NCBI GenBank assembly: GCA_035221665.1 | Contig: CM069145.1 | Location: forward strand, 32,178,001 to 32,242,000 | Source of the DNA: Okamejei kenojei | Lineage: Eukaryota | Reading direction: 5' to 3' | DNA: 64,000 nucleotides | In this document: positions 38,995 through 50,440 of the stretch, one piece after another | Position numbering within the stretch: the stretch's first letter is position 1 | Layout of the letters: every line of letters begins with the position of its first letter | Position numbers and translations under genes: made by a program | The notes under the pieces: generated by a model | Seen by the model: the letters and a program-made list of their open reading frames with translations, nothing else | What the model was told of the DNA's origin: nothing | Database searches by the model: none

Positions 38995-39600
38995 GACCGA
39001 GAAGAAGAAATCTATCTGTTATGGATTGATTTATTTCATTTTCCCATGTATGTCTATATGATTCCGTCGATGGTATCTCGCTATCTAAAAGGGTATTGTA
39101 AATATAAGTTGTTAATTTTTCTGTATTAGGATGCTTATTCAGACATTCATCAAGGATTTCTGGTTCCCTATTCCTATAATCTTGTGTATTTGACCTAACA
39201 TAATCTCTGAGTTGTAGATATCGAAAAAAAATATTTGCGTGTAATCCATAAATCTGTTGCAGTTCCTGAAATGAAAGATAAGTGCCTTTCTTATAAAGGT
39301 GTTCCATCTTTTTGATTCCATAGTTTTTCCATTGTATAAAGCCTTTATCCAGCATGGAAGGTTTGAATAAGGGATTGTTTACAATAGGGAGACAGTAGTA
39401 TATTATCCAGTTTTAAAGCCTTTTTAAGTTGTTTCCAGATTCGTGTACCACTATATATTATAGGGTTTTCAAATAGGTTTTTTTGTGCAATTTTGTCGGT
39501 GCAAATGTAATCGAACCGATTTCAAAAGGTTGACAATCCTCCTTTTCCATCCTTAACCAATCTGGTTGTTGATCCATTTCTTCCAGCAAGAAATCTATCC
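38995..39600 (-). mobile_element. L1-clade LINE ORF2 C-terminal fragment
   Basis: W..YGIKK.EHLY...YLSFQELQQIYGL...FFRYLQLRDYV, resembling the post-RT region of fish-type L1. Confidence 0.75.
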
Positions 39601-41319
39601 AAGATCAGTTGAACTGTCTTGTCTTGAACTGAGGAGTTGCTGCTGTGCTCCATCTGCAGGGTTGCTGAAGAGGTTGTACAGCTTTGCATTTTTCACTGCA
39701 CAACTGTGACATGCATGGTCAAAGCGACAGACTGAATCAGATTATATCCAGCTTATGGAGGTAGCAGGTCATTGCCCCCCATCTCATGACTCACAATGAA
39801 ACTTTTCTAAAAATATACTTATATGGTCCCCACCTTGCTTTGTTGGTCGTCGATAAAGATAGCAAATATTCCTCAGCTCAGGTTTGAGTTAAAATATCCA
39901 AGAAGCCAAATTACATGATGAGGGTTTGTTCTGTATATTTAAAGAAGAATCACACTGTTCAACAACAGTCCTCAACAGTCTTTTTGTCCACTTGCTGCAA
40001 TGGTTAAATTGATAACTTGCAAGGATTGCAAGACATTGGAGAATGAGTTTCAGAGGAAACTCTAACAGTCCAATCATATGGTTTCCACCAGTTACAAAAT
40101 ATATCCTAGCCCTATTGTATCTTCGATAGGTTCATTGGGGGAATTATGTCTTAATTTATTTATTGTTGGTCAAATTTTGTATATGTCTTTTAAGATAATC
40201 TTCCCAGGGTCATATATCCAGATTTTAGGGAATAAAATGATCAAAGGAAATTTATTTTTTCCCTCCCTGAACAGATGTGCTCTGCAGCTGGGAAACCCAG
40301 GAAAATACAGGAAAAATGCCAACTGATTTATTTGATGAACTTGGGTTTAACCCAGGTGATTGCTTGCAATGATACCATTATACATGTGATTATTAGTTTC
40401 CAGTTGAAAATGACCAGATATGGTGTGTACTCACTCCATCAATACTGAAACATTGCTACACATCGTGAGACGGGGCGACATAAATCTTTTGTATGCTTAG
40501 ATCTACAGGTTTTTATTATTAAGCAAAATCCGGGCCTATTGGGAGAAAGGCAACCATACAGTATGAATTAGGGAAAAATAGAATGAGTTCCTTATAATGC
40601 ATGCCAGTTTTACCCCCTACTTTATTTGTAATAAAATTTACTTTTAATTAAAGATCATATTATTCCCCAAGGCTGATAGTGTTTTTCTTCTGACATTAGT
40701 AGCACACAAGGCGAGTTCACTAAATTCAAGACACTAATTGTATAACGTCATTTGTAAGTGTTTATATTGGTTTCCTTCCTTCTTGCAAATTATTTTTTAC
40801 ATAGTTATTTTACATTTGTTCTTTGATAGGAACCATTCAGTAGAAACGTAGGTGTATTCAGGATCTGTGCACATCATATTGTATATTCTTTTGGAAATAT
40901 TTTATATCGTTTAATGAGATGCGAGAAGTACCGAACAATTCAGGAAACAAAACCACCCCCACCACCAAGAGAATTTCCATTGTAACTCCATTCCATTGTC
41001 TGGCAAGAGACTGAAACTTTAAACCCCCTACATGTGGGTAGATTGGATGTGTTCAGTACTAAGGTGTTACATTTTATTGACAATTAATAAGTAAAACCTT
41101 CATGCTGTCACAATATATTTTCCCATGAGATTGACACAGCTGATTGGCTTGTAGAGATTTCATCATGTTTATGCTAAGACAAAAGTAGTATTTTTCACCA
41201 GATCAATTCCAACAGTACCATCACTAACCTCACCTCCATATTTCCCTTTTGCCCTACAACATTCTCCCTCACAGGATCATCATCTGACCATGATTCTGCT
41301 GCCACAAGAAACAAAGAGC

Positions 41320-41740
41320 TGGCACGGTGGTGTAGCAGTCTGTACAGACTTTGTGTGTTCTCCCTGTGACTGTATTGGTTTTGCCCAGGTGCTCTGGTGT
41401 CCTCCCACACTCCAAAGACATAGAGGTTTGTAGGTTAATTTGCTTTGGTAAAGATTGTAAATTGTCCCTAGTGCGTAGGATAGTGCTGGAGTATAGGTTG
41501 ATCGCTGGTTGGCGCGGATTCGGTGGAATGAACGGCCTGTTCCCATGCCATATCTCTGAACTAAACTAAATTAATCTAAGACTTATTTTTGTACGGTAGA
41601 CAATCAAACTACCAGTATTTCTTTGGGACATGGGAGGAAACTGGAGCACTCTCTGGAAACCCACATAAACACAGGGAGGATGTGCAAACTCCACAATGAC
41701 AACAGGTCAGGATCAAACACGAGTCCCTGGAGAAGAGAGA
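41320..41740. mobile_element. HE1-type SINE (plus, 41320-41578) and SINE fragment (minus, 41615-41740)
   Basis: Core and tail motifs shared with 18411-18724. Confidence 0.75.
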
Positions 41741-42175
41741 AAGTAACTATAACCGCTGATTTATCTTTCATGCCTTCACAATATATTTTCCATGAGATTG
41801 ACAACAAGCTTATTGCTGGCAGAGATTCCAGCCAAGACAAAAGCAGCGGTTTAAAATAAATAAATAAATACATAACTTTATAAGATAGTATGGAAGCCAC
41901 AGGATAATTGAAGCAAATTGCATGGATTGTTCACAGCAGGCAGTAGGTTAGCATTTATGAGAGAGCAGAATGATGTAAGATCGAAGAATGTTTGCATGGA
42001 CCATTTGAGCTGAATTACCAGTTTGTATTGTGAAACTCTATGAGGCAGACATCGGCCGCTCAAAATAGAAACTGGAAAAATAATAGCTGTGAAGAAAGAC
42101 CAAAAATATACTTCATTACAAAAGATGGATGGAAGATTGACAGACAACTGACACTTTAAAAAGACTGAATTATAA

Positions 42176-42345
42176 GGGAGAGAGGGGGGAGAGAGATGGG
42201 GGAAAGAGGGGGGGGGGGGGGGGGGGGAGGGGTGGAGAGTGGGGGAGAGAGAGGGGGAGAAAGGAAGAAAGAAAGAAAAGGGAGAAAGACAGAAACAAAG
42301 AAAGAAAGAAAGAAAGAAAGAGGTGGCAAGCAGGAAGAAAGAGAA
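42176..42345 (+). repeat. G/A-rich simple repeat
   Basis: Poly-G and (GAAA)n. Confidence 0.9.
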
Positions 42346-42904
42346 GTACCTTAAATACTTCTGAACTAGTGATTTATCTTTCATGCTTTCTCATCAGAGG
42401 AGCACGTACCAGGAAATTGCACACTATTTTCCTGCCAGTAGTTATGAAATGATGAATGCAAGCTGTGCAGAGTCCAGAAAGAAGTCTCAGCCCTAAAATG
42501 AAAATCATTATGTAAAAGAGTAGCAGGTTATTCCATCACAAAAGCACCACAACGAACCCCAATTCGAATGCTTAATTCAATCTAAAATGAAAAAGCCGAA
42601 TGATTGTTGATGAAAGGGGATAGAATTGCATCTCACTATGGTCTTTGCTATAAATTCAACAAAGTAGGCACCTGCTTAGTCATGAACTCACCTGGGATCA
42701 ATGTGCTATCTGCTTACCTCTACATCCTGCAAATAAGTATATTGCAGTATGAGAGAATTTATTGATTTTTATTTCGTATTAACTTTGTTCCCGTTTTCAT
42801 TTGGTTAATGCGAATGTCGGAGTTTGTTTTCAGTGTCAGCACAGGTGTTTATGTAACAGTGGAAGAGAAGTATGTTTGTAAAATGGTACGACAAGAACGT
42901 CTAT

Positions 42905-43033
42905 TGACGAAGGGTCTCGACCCAAAACGTCACCCATTCCTTCTCTCCAGAGTTGATTTCTGTCCCGCTGAGTTACTCCAACTTTTTGTGTCTATCTTCA
43001 GTTTAAACCAGCATCTGTAGTTCCTTCCTCCAC
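42905..43033 (+). mobile_element. Penelope terminal fragment with decayed hammerhead-like core
   Basis: TTGACGAAGGGTCTCGACCCAAAACGTCACC...CCAGCATCTGTAGTTCC. Confidence 0.75.
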
Positions 43034-43141
43034 ATCTTCCACATTTACAAGATACCTTTATTGTGGTAGGAGATCTCAGGGCATGGTACAGGGAGATTAC
43101 TTATAGCTGATATAAAAGAGATTAAATATAAAAGCTTGGAA

Positions 43142-44659
43142 TACAGCCTTATTCTAAAATGGATTAAATTATTGTTTTTAATCATCAATCTACACACAAT
43201 ACCCCATAATGAAAAAGTGAAAACAGGTGTTTAGAAATTTTTGCAAAGTAATTAAAAAGAAATGACTGAAATATCACATTTACATAAATATTCAGACCCT
43301 TTACTCAGTACTTTGTTGAGGCACCTTTGGCAGCGATTACAGCCTCAAGTCTTATTGGGTATAACGTAACAAGCTTGGCACACCTGTATTTGGGTAATTT
43401 CTCCCATTCTTCTCTGCAGATCCTCTCAAGCTCTGTCAGGTTGGATGGGGCGCGTCGATGCACAGCTATTTTCAAGTCCCTCCAGAGATGTCCGATCATG
43501 TTCTAGTCTAGGCTCTGGCCGGGCCACTCAAGGACATTCACAGACTTGTCAAGAAGCCATTCCTGCATTGTCTTGGCTGTGTGCTGAGGGTTGTTCACCT
43601 GTTGGAAGGTGAACCTCCGCCCCAGTCTGAGATGCTGAACATTCTGGAACACGTTTTCATCAAGGATCTCTCTGTACTTTGTTCCGTTCATCTTTCCCTC
43701 GATCCTGACTAGTATCCCATTTCCTGCCGCTGAAAAGCATGACGCTGCCACCACCTTACCTCACCGTAGGTATGGCATTGGCCAGGTGTTGAGCAGTGCC
43801 TGGTTTCCTCCAGACGCGATAGAGTCTAAATTTGGTTTAATCAGACCAGAGAATCTTGTTTAGGTGCCTTTTGGCAAACTCCAAGCAGCTGTCATGTGCC
43901 TTTTGCAGGAGTGGCTTCCGTCTGGCCACTCTACCATAAAGGCTATATTGGTGGAGTGCTGCAGATATAGTTGTCCTTCTGGAAGGTTCTCCCGTCTCCA
44001 CAGAGGAACACTGGAGCTCTGTCAGAGTGACCATCGGGTTCTTGGTCACCTCCCTGACCAAGGCCCTTCTCCCTCGATTGCTCAGTTTGGCCAGGCGGCC
44101 AGCTCTACGAAGAGTCCTGGTGGTTCCAATGTTCTTCCATTTAAGAATGCCGGAGGCCACTGTGCTCTTCGGGACCTGCAACGCTGCAGAAATTGTTTCG
44201 TACCCTTCCCCAGATCTGTGTCTCGACACAGCCCTGTCTCGGAGGTCTACGGACAATCCCTTCGTCTTCATGGCTTGGTTTTTGCTCTGACATGCACTGT
44301 CAATTGTGGGACCTTATATAGACAGGTGTGTGCCTTTCCAAATCATGTACAATCAATTTAATTTACCACTGGTGGACTCCACTCAAGTTATAGAAACATC
44401 GCAAGGATAATCAATGGAAACAGGATGCACCTAAGCTCAATTTTGAGTATCATAGCAAAGGGTCTGAATACTTATGTAAATGTAATTATTTAATTACTTT
44501 GCAAAAATTTCTAAACACCTGTTTTCACTTTTTTATTATGGGGTATTGTGTGTAGATTGATGATAAAAAAAAAAGAATTTAATCCAATTTAGAATAAGGT
44601 TATAACATAACAAAAATGTGGAAACGGTGAAGGGGTCTGAATACTTTCTGAATGCACTG
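43142..44659 (-). mobile_element. Tc1 transposon, IR/DR type, defective
   Basis: ~200-bp inverted repeats containing TATTCAGACCC direct repeats. Right end ...GAATGCACTG + TA. Outer ~55 bp of the left TIR missing. Confidence 0.95.
43305..44271 (-). pseudogene. Tc1 DD34E transposase pseudogene
   Basis: HTH region (LSVDLRDR...GEGY..IS..L.VPKSTV), VARRKPLL, ILWSD, decayed QQVNNPQH and WPGQSLD*NMIGHLW, C-terminal AVIAAKGASTKY. Deletions and stops. Confidence 0.92.
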
Positions 44660-44679
44660 TAATTATGCCTATGCAATTC

Positions 44680-45420
44680 AAGTGCTTATTCAGACACTTT
44701 AACTGTTGTCACCGACCCAGCTTCAACCATTCTTTCTGGCAAAACAGTTCACCTAGTTACTTCTCTCTGGGTGACGAATGTCCCCCATGTATCCTGTCTA
44801 GTTCTCCTCCCTGCTACTCAAAATCCAAGTCCTCTGCTTTTTTTTTCTGCTACTTATATGGGGAAAAGTTCCCCTCTGACTATCCATCCACATTAGGTCA
44901 ACTTTATATACTTTAATCGTATCACCTCTTAACCTCTTCTGCTTCATGAAGAACTGACAGAAGAACTTCTCCAATTTCTCCTCATAACTAAGCTGTCTGA
45001 ATAAGGGTCTCGACCCGAAACGTCACCCATTCCTCTCTCCAAAGATGCTGCCTGTCCTGCTGTGTTACTCCAGCATTTTGTATCTATCTCTGCTCTATTC
45101 CACTTTACATTCTGCTGAATCTTCTCTGCACACCCTCCAGTGCTATCATATCCTTCCTATATACGGTTACCTGAACTGCATATATTACTCCAGTTTGGGG
45201 CTGATCAAGTTTTATTAAGTTTGGGCATAACCTCCATACTTCCATAATCAAAGCCCAAACTAATGAAGTTAATATCTCAAATGTTTTCTTAATGGTATAC
45301 ACTACCTGTGTTGCCACCTTCAAAGATTTGTAAACATGGATTCCAAGGTCACTCTGTTCCTCTGGGCTCCCTCAGACCCCACCATCCACAGTGTGCTCCC
45401 AGTAGCAGTACTAATTCCAC
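44680..45420 (-). mobile_element. Decayed CR1 fragment with nested plus-strand Penelope terminal piece (~44995-45090)
   Basis: DMIALEGVQRRFSRM. Nested CTGAATAAGGGTCTCGACCCGAAACGTC. Confidence 0.65.
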
Positions 45421-46181
45421 AATGTATCACCTCACGTTTGTGCGGACTAAATTACACCTGCCTTATTTCAGCCCATATCACCGATATCACATCAATATCT
45501 CGCTGCAAACATGTTACTGGGAGCCAGAGTAAACAAGTGGAAGGGGAGATTAAAAGAGCAACTGGACGATATGGGTTAATGTAACAAAATACATACAAAG
45601 TAATACATTTTGGGTGCAAAAATGACTTAGGCTGCACAGACCAAAAAGAGAAACGTCATGGCGTTGATTAATAAAGGGTTTAGGGGATCAAGTAGGGGCT
45701 CACTGTCATAAAATTTCAGGTTAGGATGATAAATTCCAATAATTGTCTGAAAGATTTTAGGATCGAAGATTTATAGAATCTAAAAGTAAACATTATAGTA
45801 ATTTCAGGGGCAATAATCCAACCTTATTGGCAAAACAGTTTCCATTCAGTGTTAGAAGCAAGGAACTACAGATGTTGGCTTACATAAAAAGATACCTAGT
45901 GCTGGAGTAACTCAACGGGTCAGGCAGCATCTCTGGAGGACATGGATAGGTGACATTTCGTAATGGGACACTTCTACGGACTGCAAGCACATTCAGTGTT
46001 AGATACACATGCAAGGAAGAATTTACTGTTCTTGGTTAAAAAAAATATATTGAGACATCATTAAAATGGGATGATGGTAATGAGTTCAGATGATAAGTAA
46101 ACCTGGATTGTTTTTTGAAGGTACACAAAAAGCTGGAGAAACTCAGCGGGTGCAGCAGCATCTAAGGAGCGAAGGAGATAG

Positions 46182-46213
46182 GCGACGTTTCGGGTCGAGA
46201 CCCTTCTTCAGAC
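46182..46213 (-). ncRNA. Minimal type I hammerhead-ribozyme-like motif
   Basis: CUGAAGA-A-GGGUC-UC-GACCC-GAAA-CG-UC: complete catalytic core, 5-bp stem II, palindromic ACGU in place of stem III, only 2 bp of stem I in cis. Confidence 0.55.
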
Positions 46214-46447
46214 TGGTCAGGGATCAGGGAAACGAGAGATATAGACGGTGATGTGGAGAGATAAGGAACAATGAGTGAAAGATATGCAAAAAAGTATCGG
46301 TGATAAAGGGAACAAGCCATTGTAAGCTGTTTGTGGTGTGAAAATGAGAAGCTGGTGCGACTGGGGTGGGGGAGGGAGATAGAGATAGAGGGAATGCCAG
46401 GGCCCAAGGGCTGAGGGAGAGGTGGGAAGGGGGGGAGACAGCAAGGG

Positions 46448-48361
46448 TTAACAGAATTGAGAAAATTCAATATTCAAGCCCAAAGGATGCAGACTCCCCA
46501 AGCGGAATATGAGGTGCTGTTCCTCCAGCTTGCGGTGTTGCTCACTCTGGCCGTGGAGGAGGCCCAGGACCGAGAGGTCGGATGTGGAATGGGAGGGGGA
46601 GTTGAAGTGCTGAGCCACCGGGAGGTCGGGTTGGTTATTGCGGACCGAGCGGAGGTGTTCGGCGAAGCGATCGCCAAGCCTCCGCTTGGTCTCACCGATA
46701 TAGATCATCTGGCATCTGGAGCAGCGGATGCAGTAGATGAGGTTGGAGGAGGTGCAGGTGAACCTCTGTCGGACCTGGAAGGACTGATTGGGTCCCTGAA
46801 AGGAGTGGAGGGGGGAGGTGAAGGGACAAGTGTTGCATTTCTTGCGGTTGCAAGGGAAAGTGCCCGGGGAAGGGGTAGAGTGGGAGGGGAGAGAAGAATT
46901 GACAAGGGAGTTGCGGAGGGAGCGGTCTTTGCGGAAGGCAGACAGGGGGGGAGATGGGAAGATGTGGCGGGTGGAGGGGTCACGTTGGAGGTGGCGAAAC
47001 TGGCGGAAGACTATATGTTGTATTTGCCGGCTGGTGGGGTGAAAGGTGAGGACCAGGGGGACTCTGCCCTGTTTGCGAGTGGGGGAATGGGGAGCAAGGG
47101 CAGTGTTGCGGGGTATGGAGGAGACCCTGGTGCGAGCCTCATCAATAGTGGGGGAGGGGAATCCCCGTTCTCTGAAGAATGAGGCCATTTGTGATGACCT
47201 GGTGTGGAACACCTCATCCTGGGAGCAGATGCGGCGTAGACGGAGGAATTGGGAATAGGGAATGGAGTCCTTACAGGAAGCAGGGTGGGAGGAAGAGTAG
47301 TCCAGGTAGCTGTGGGAGTCAGTAGGTTTGTAGTGGATGTCGGTCAGGAGCGTATCACCTGCAATAGAGATGGTGAGGTCAAGGAATGGTAGGGAAGTGT
47401 CGGAAATGGTCCAAGTGTATTTGAGTGCCGGATGGAAGTTGGTGGTGAAGTGAATGAAGTCAGTCAGTTGTGTGTGGGTGCAGGAGGTGACACCAAAGCA
47501 GTCATCGATGTAACGGAGGTAGAGGTCGGGGATGGGGCCCTGGTACGCCGAGAACAAGGATTGTTCGACGTACCCAACAAAGAGGCAAGCGTAGCTGGGG
47601 CCCATGCGTGTGCCCATAGCTACGCCTTGTGTTTGGAGGAAATGGGAGGAATCAAAAGAGAAGTTATTGAGGGTGAGGACCAACTCTGCTAGGCGGAGGA
47701 GGGTGTCAGTGAACGGGTATGGGTTGCTCCTCTGGTCGAGGAAGAACCGGAGGGCTTTGAGACCGTCCTGGTGGGGGATGGAGGTGTAGAGTGACTGGAC
47801 GTCCATGGTAAAGATGAGAGGATGGGGGCCTGGAGAATGGAATGCACGGAGCCGACGGAGAGTGTCTGAGGTGTCTTGAACATAGGTGGGGAGGGATTTA
47901 ACAAAGGGGGATAGGATGGTGTCAAGGTATGTGGAAATGTGTTCGGTGGGGCACGAACAGGCAGAGACAATGGGTCTGCCAGGGCAGTCGGGTTTGTGGA
48001 TTTTGGGGAGAAGGTAAAATCGGGCCGTGCGGGGCTGGGAAACGATGAGGTCGGAGGCTCGGGGGGGTAGGGAGCCGGAGCTGATAAAGTCGGTTATGGG
48101 GCTCGAGATGGTGGCCTGGTGTTCGTCAGTTGGGTCATGGTCCAGGGGTAAGTAGGAGGAGGTGTCCGAGAGTTGGCGCGCGGCCTCCGCTTTGTAGAGA
48201 TCGACGCGCCAGACTACCACGGCACCTCCCTTGTCGGCGGGTTTGATAACCCAGTCTGGGTTGTTACGGAGTGAGTCGATGGCAGTACGTTCAGGGCTGG
48301 AGAGATTGGAGTGAGACAGGGGGGTGGAGAAGTCGAGGCGGTTGATGTCCCGACGGCAGTT
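46448..48361 (-). CDS. PLE polyprotein fragment: reverse transcriptase + Cys linker + GIY-YIG endonuclease (no native start)
   Basis: KPADKGG, LPKIHK, GRPIVS, MDVQSLYT, GVAMG, RYIDD, FLD, KPTD, CNRKKCNTC linker, NLIY..CSRC..YIGET..R..EH, GLN. About 640 codons without a stop. Confidence 0.93.
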   Translation of the reverse strand, partial: NCRRDINRLDFSTPLSHSNLSSPERTAIDSLRNNPDWVIKPADKGGAVVVWRVDLYKAEAARQLSDTSSYLPLDHDPTDEHQATISSPITDFISSGSLPPRASDLIVSQPRTARFYLLPKIHKPDCPGRPIVSACSCPTEHISTYLDTILSPFVKSLPTYVQDTSDTLRRLRAFHSPGPHPLIFTMDVQSLYTSIPHQDGLKALRFFLDQRSNPYPFTDTLLRLAELVLTLNNFSFDSSHFLQTQGVAMGTRMGPSYACLFVGYVEQSLFSAYQGPIPDLYLRYIDDCFGVTSCTHTQLTDFIHFTTNFHPALKYTWTISDTSLPFLDLTISIAGDTLLTDIHYKPTDSHSYLDYSSSHPASCKDSIPYSQFLRLRRICSQDEVFHTRSSQMASFFRERGFPSPTIDEARTRVSSIPRNTALAPHSPTRKQGRVPLVLTFHPTSRQIQHIVFRQFRHLQRDPSTRHIFPSPPLSAFRKDRSLRNSLVNSSLPSHSTPSPGTFPCNRKKCNTCPFTSPLHSFQGPNQSFQVRQRFTCTSSNLIYCIRCSRCQMIYIGETKRRLGDRFAEHLRSVRNNQPDLPVAQHFNSPSHSTSDLSVLGLLHGQSEQHRKLEEQHLIFRLGSLHPLGLNIEFSQFC

Positions 48362-48549
48362 CTGGTTTTTTGAAGGAATCTGATATAGTTGATGAAAGGG
48401 ATAAAGCATTTGTGTTGTGTCAGGAATAACAAAAAGATCATGGATGGGTTGATTTAGTGGGTGAAAATTTGGCAACTGCCGTTTAGTCTGGGACAGCGTG
48501 AGGTCAAGACCTGATGGTCTGAATACTTTTAGCAAGACACCATGTGCTA

Positions 48550-48790
48550 GAAAATCTTAGCAAGTCGGGCAGCATCTGTGGAGGGGAATGGACAGACAGA
48601 GTTTTGGGTCAGGACCCTTTTTCAAACTGATAGAAGTGGGAGGAGAAAGCTGGAAGAAAGAGGTGGGAATGGAACAAAGCCTGGCAAGTGTTTGGCAGAT
48701 GGGTAGAGTAAGTGACAAAGGCTCGAGGTGAAAAGGAGACAAATGGGCGTCAGATAAGGAGAGGCGAAGCGAAATCCTCAAGTACATCAT
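48550..48790 (-). mobile_element. Older Penelope 3' UTR fragment
   Basis: GGCAGCATCTGTGGAGGGAATGGACAG...GGGTCAGGACCCTTTTTCAAACTGA. Confidence 0.6.
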
Positions 48791-48909
48791 CAATTTTAAT
48801 TTAACTTTTCTCGACACACTGCACCTACAGGTGGAACTGCTGTAGGGGTTGATTCAGGGGTAACACAAACTCTTGCTACTATAAGCCAATTCCCCACTGA
48901 GGTGTATGA

Positions 48910-49260
48910 GTTGATGGGGGGAATAGACGGAGTGAATGCGCCGTTTCTCTTACCAGAGTTGGGGAATCATGAACCAAAGGACATAGGATTAGAGTGAGAG
49001 GAGAAAGATTTAATAGGAAGCTGAGGGTTAATTTTGCCACAGAGAGGGTGGTGGGTATATGGAAAGAGCTTCCAGAGAATGTAGTTGTGGCAGATGCTTT
49101 AACAACATTCAAAATACATTTGGAAAGGTACATGGATAGGAATGGCTTAGAAAGATATAGGCCAAACGCAGGAAGGTGGGACTAATATATATGGAGCATC
49201 TTGACATGGGCTAGTTGGGCCAAAGGGCCTGTTTCTGTGCTGTGTGCTTCTATGACTCTT
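48910..49260 (+). mobile_element. CR1 3' fragment
   Basis: GERFNRKLRVNFATERVVGIWKELP. Tail GGGCCTGTTTCTGTGCTGT. Confidence 0.8.
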
Positions 49261-49689
49261 TGGCTCAACTTGCTCACGGCGACCAAGACGCCCCATCTAC
49301 ACTAGTCCCACCTTGGTCCATATGAATCTATGACAATGACTCACTATGATCCAGCACGAGGCATGGCTCTGTCACAATAGACAATAGACAGTAGACAATA
49401 GGTGCAGGTAGGCCATTCGGTCCTTCGAGCCAGCACTACAATTCAATGTGATCATGGCTGATCATCCACAATCATCCACAATCAGTCACAAGCAGGCTTG
49501 AAGGATTCCAGAAACAGCAATAACCCACCACTAGAAGAAGCAAGCTGCCCACAAAGATTAGAAAAGTCCCACTTGCGAGCAGATCACTTTCATCATTGAA
49601 CAGCAAGATCTAATTCATGAGCAGATTGCTTCCCCTCATGCACACATTGATACCACTCATGAGCAGTGTGTGGTTCTACAACACCTAGG

Positions 49690-50440
49690 GAAATGAGGTG
49701 TTGCATTTTGGGAAGTCTAACATGGGCGGGACCAACATAGTGAATGGTAGGGGCCTGAGGAGTGTTGTAGAGCAGAGGGATCTAGGAGATGGTCAGGTCA
49801 CAGATAGATAAGGTGGTCAAAAAGGCTTTTGATACATTGTCCTTCATCAGTCAGAGTACTGAGTTGTGAGGTCATGCTGCAGTTGTATAAGATGTTCGTA
49901 AGACCGCATTTAGGGTATTGTGTTCCGTTCTGGGCACCATGTTATTGGAAAGGTGTTGTCAAGCTGGATCAGGTACAGAGAAGATTTACGAGGATGTTGC
50001 CAGGAATAGAGGGTTTGAGCTATAGGGGGAGATTGTGTAGGCTGGGACTCTGCAGCGCAGGAGGATGAGGGGTCTCATAGAGGTGTATAAAATCATGAGA
50101 GGAATATATGGGGTAGGTGCATAGAGTCCGTTGCTCAGGGTAGGTGAATCAAGGACCAGAGTATATAGGTTTAAGGTGAAAGGGAAAAGATTTAATAGGA
50201 ATCTGAGGGGTAACATTTTCACTCAAATGGTGGTGGGTGTATGGAACAAGCTGCCAGAGGAGGTAGTTGAGGATGGGACTATCCCAAAGTATAAGAAGCA
50301 GTTAGACATGTACATGGATAGGACAGCTTTGGAGGGATATGGACCAAATACAGGCAGGTGGAACTAGTGTAGCTGGGACATGTTGGCAAGTTGGGCCGAA
50401 GGGCCTATTTCCACGCTGTATCACTCACTCTCTGACTCTG
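49690..50440 (+). mobile_element. CR1 3' fragment
   Basis: LYKMFVRPHLGYCVPFWAP...QRRFTRMLPG...WNKLP. Tail GGGCCGAAGGGCCT. Confidence 0.88.

Larger units (their letters stand above)
46122..48364 (-). mobile_element. Penelope-like element, Neptune type, 5'-truncated, young
   Basis: Exact 12-bp TSD GTTTTTTGAAGG (46110-46121, 48365-48376). Uninterrupted RT-EN ORF. High CpG content. 3' terminal repeat with hammerhead-like core. Confidence 0.93.

Noticed and set aside
40275-40355. Possible 81-nt plus-strand exon with a good acceptor
   Set aside because: Weak donor (GTGATT) and unrecognised peptide. Needs RNA-seq.
48362-48535. N-terminal ~58 aa of the 695-aa PLE ORF
   Set aside because: Lies at or outside the TSD and has a non-ATG start. 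It is chance read-through into flank.
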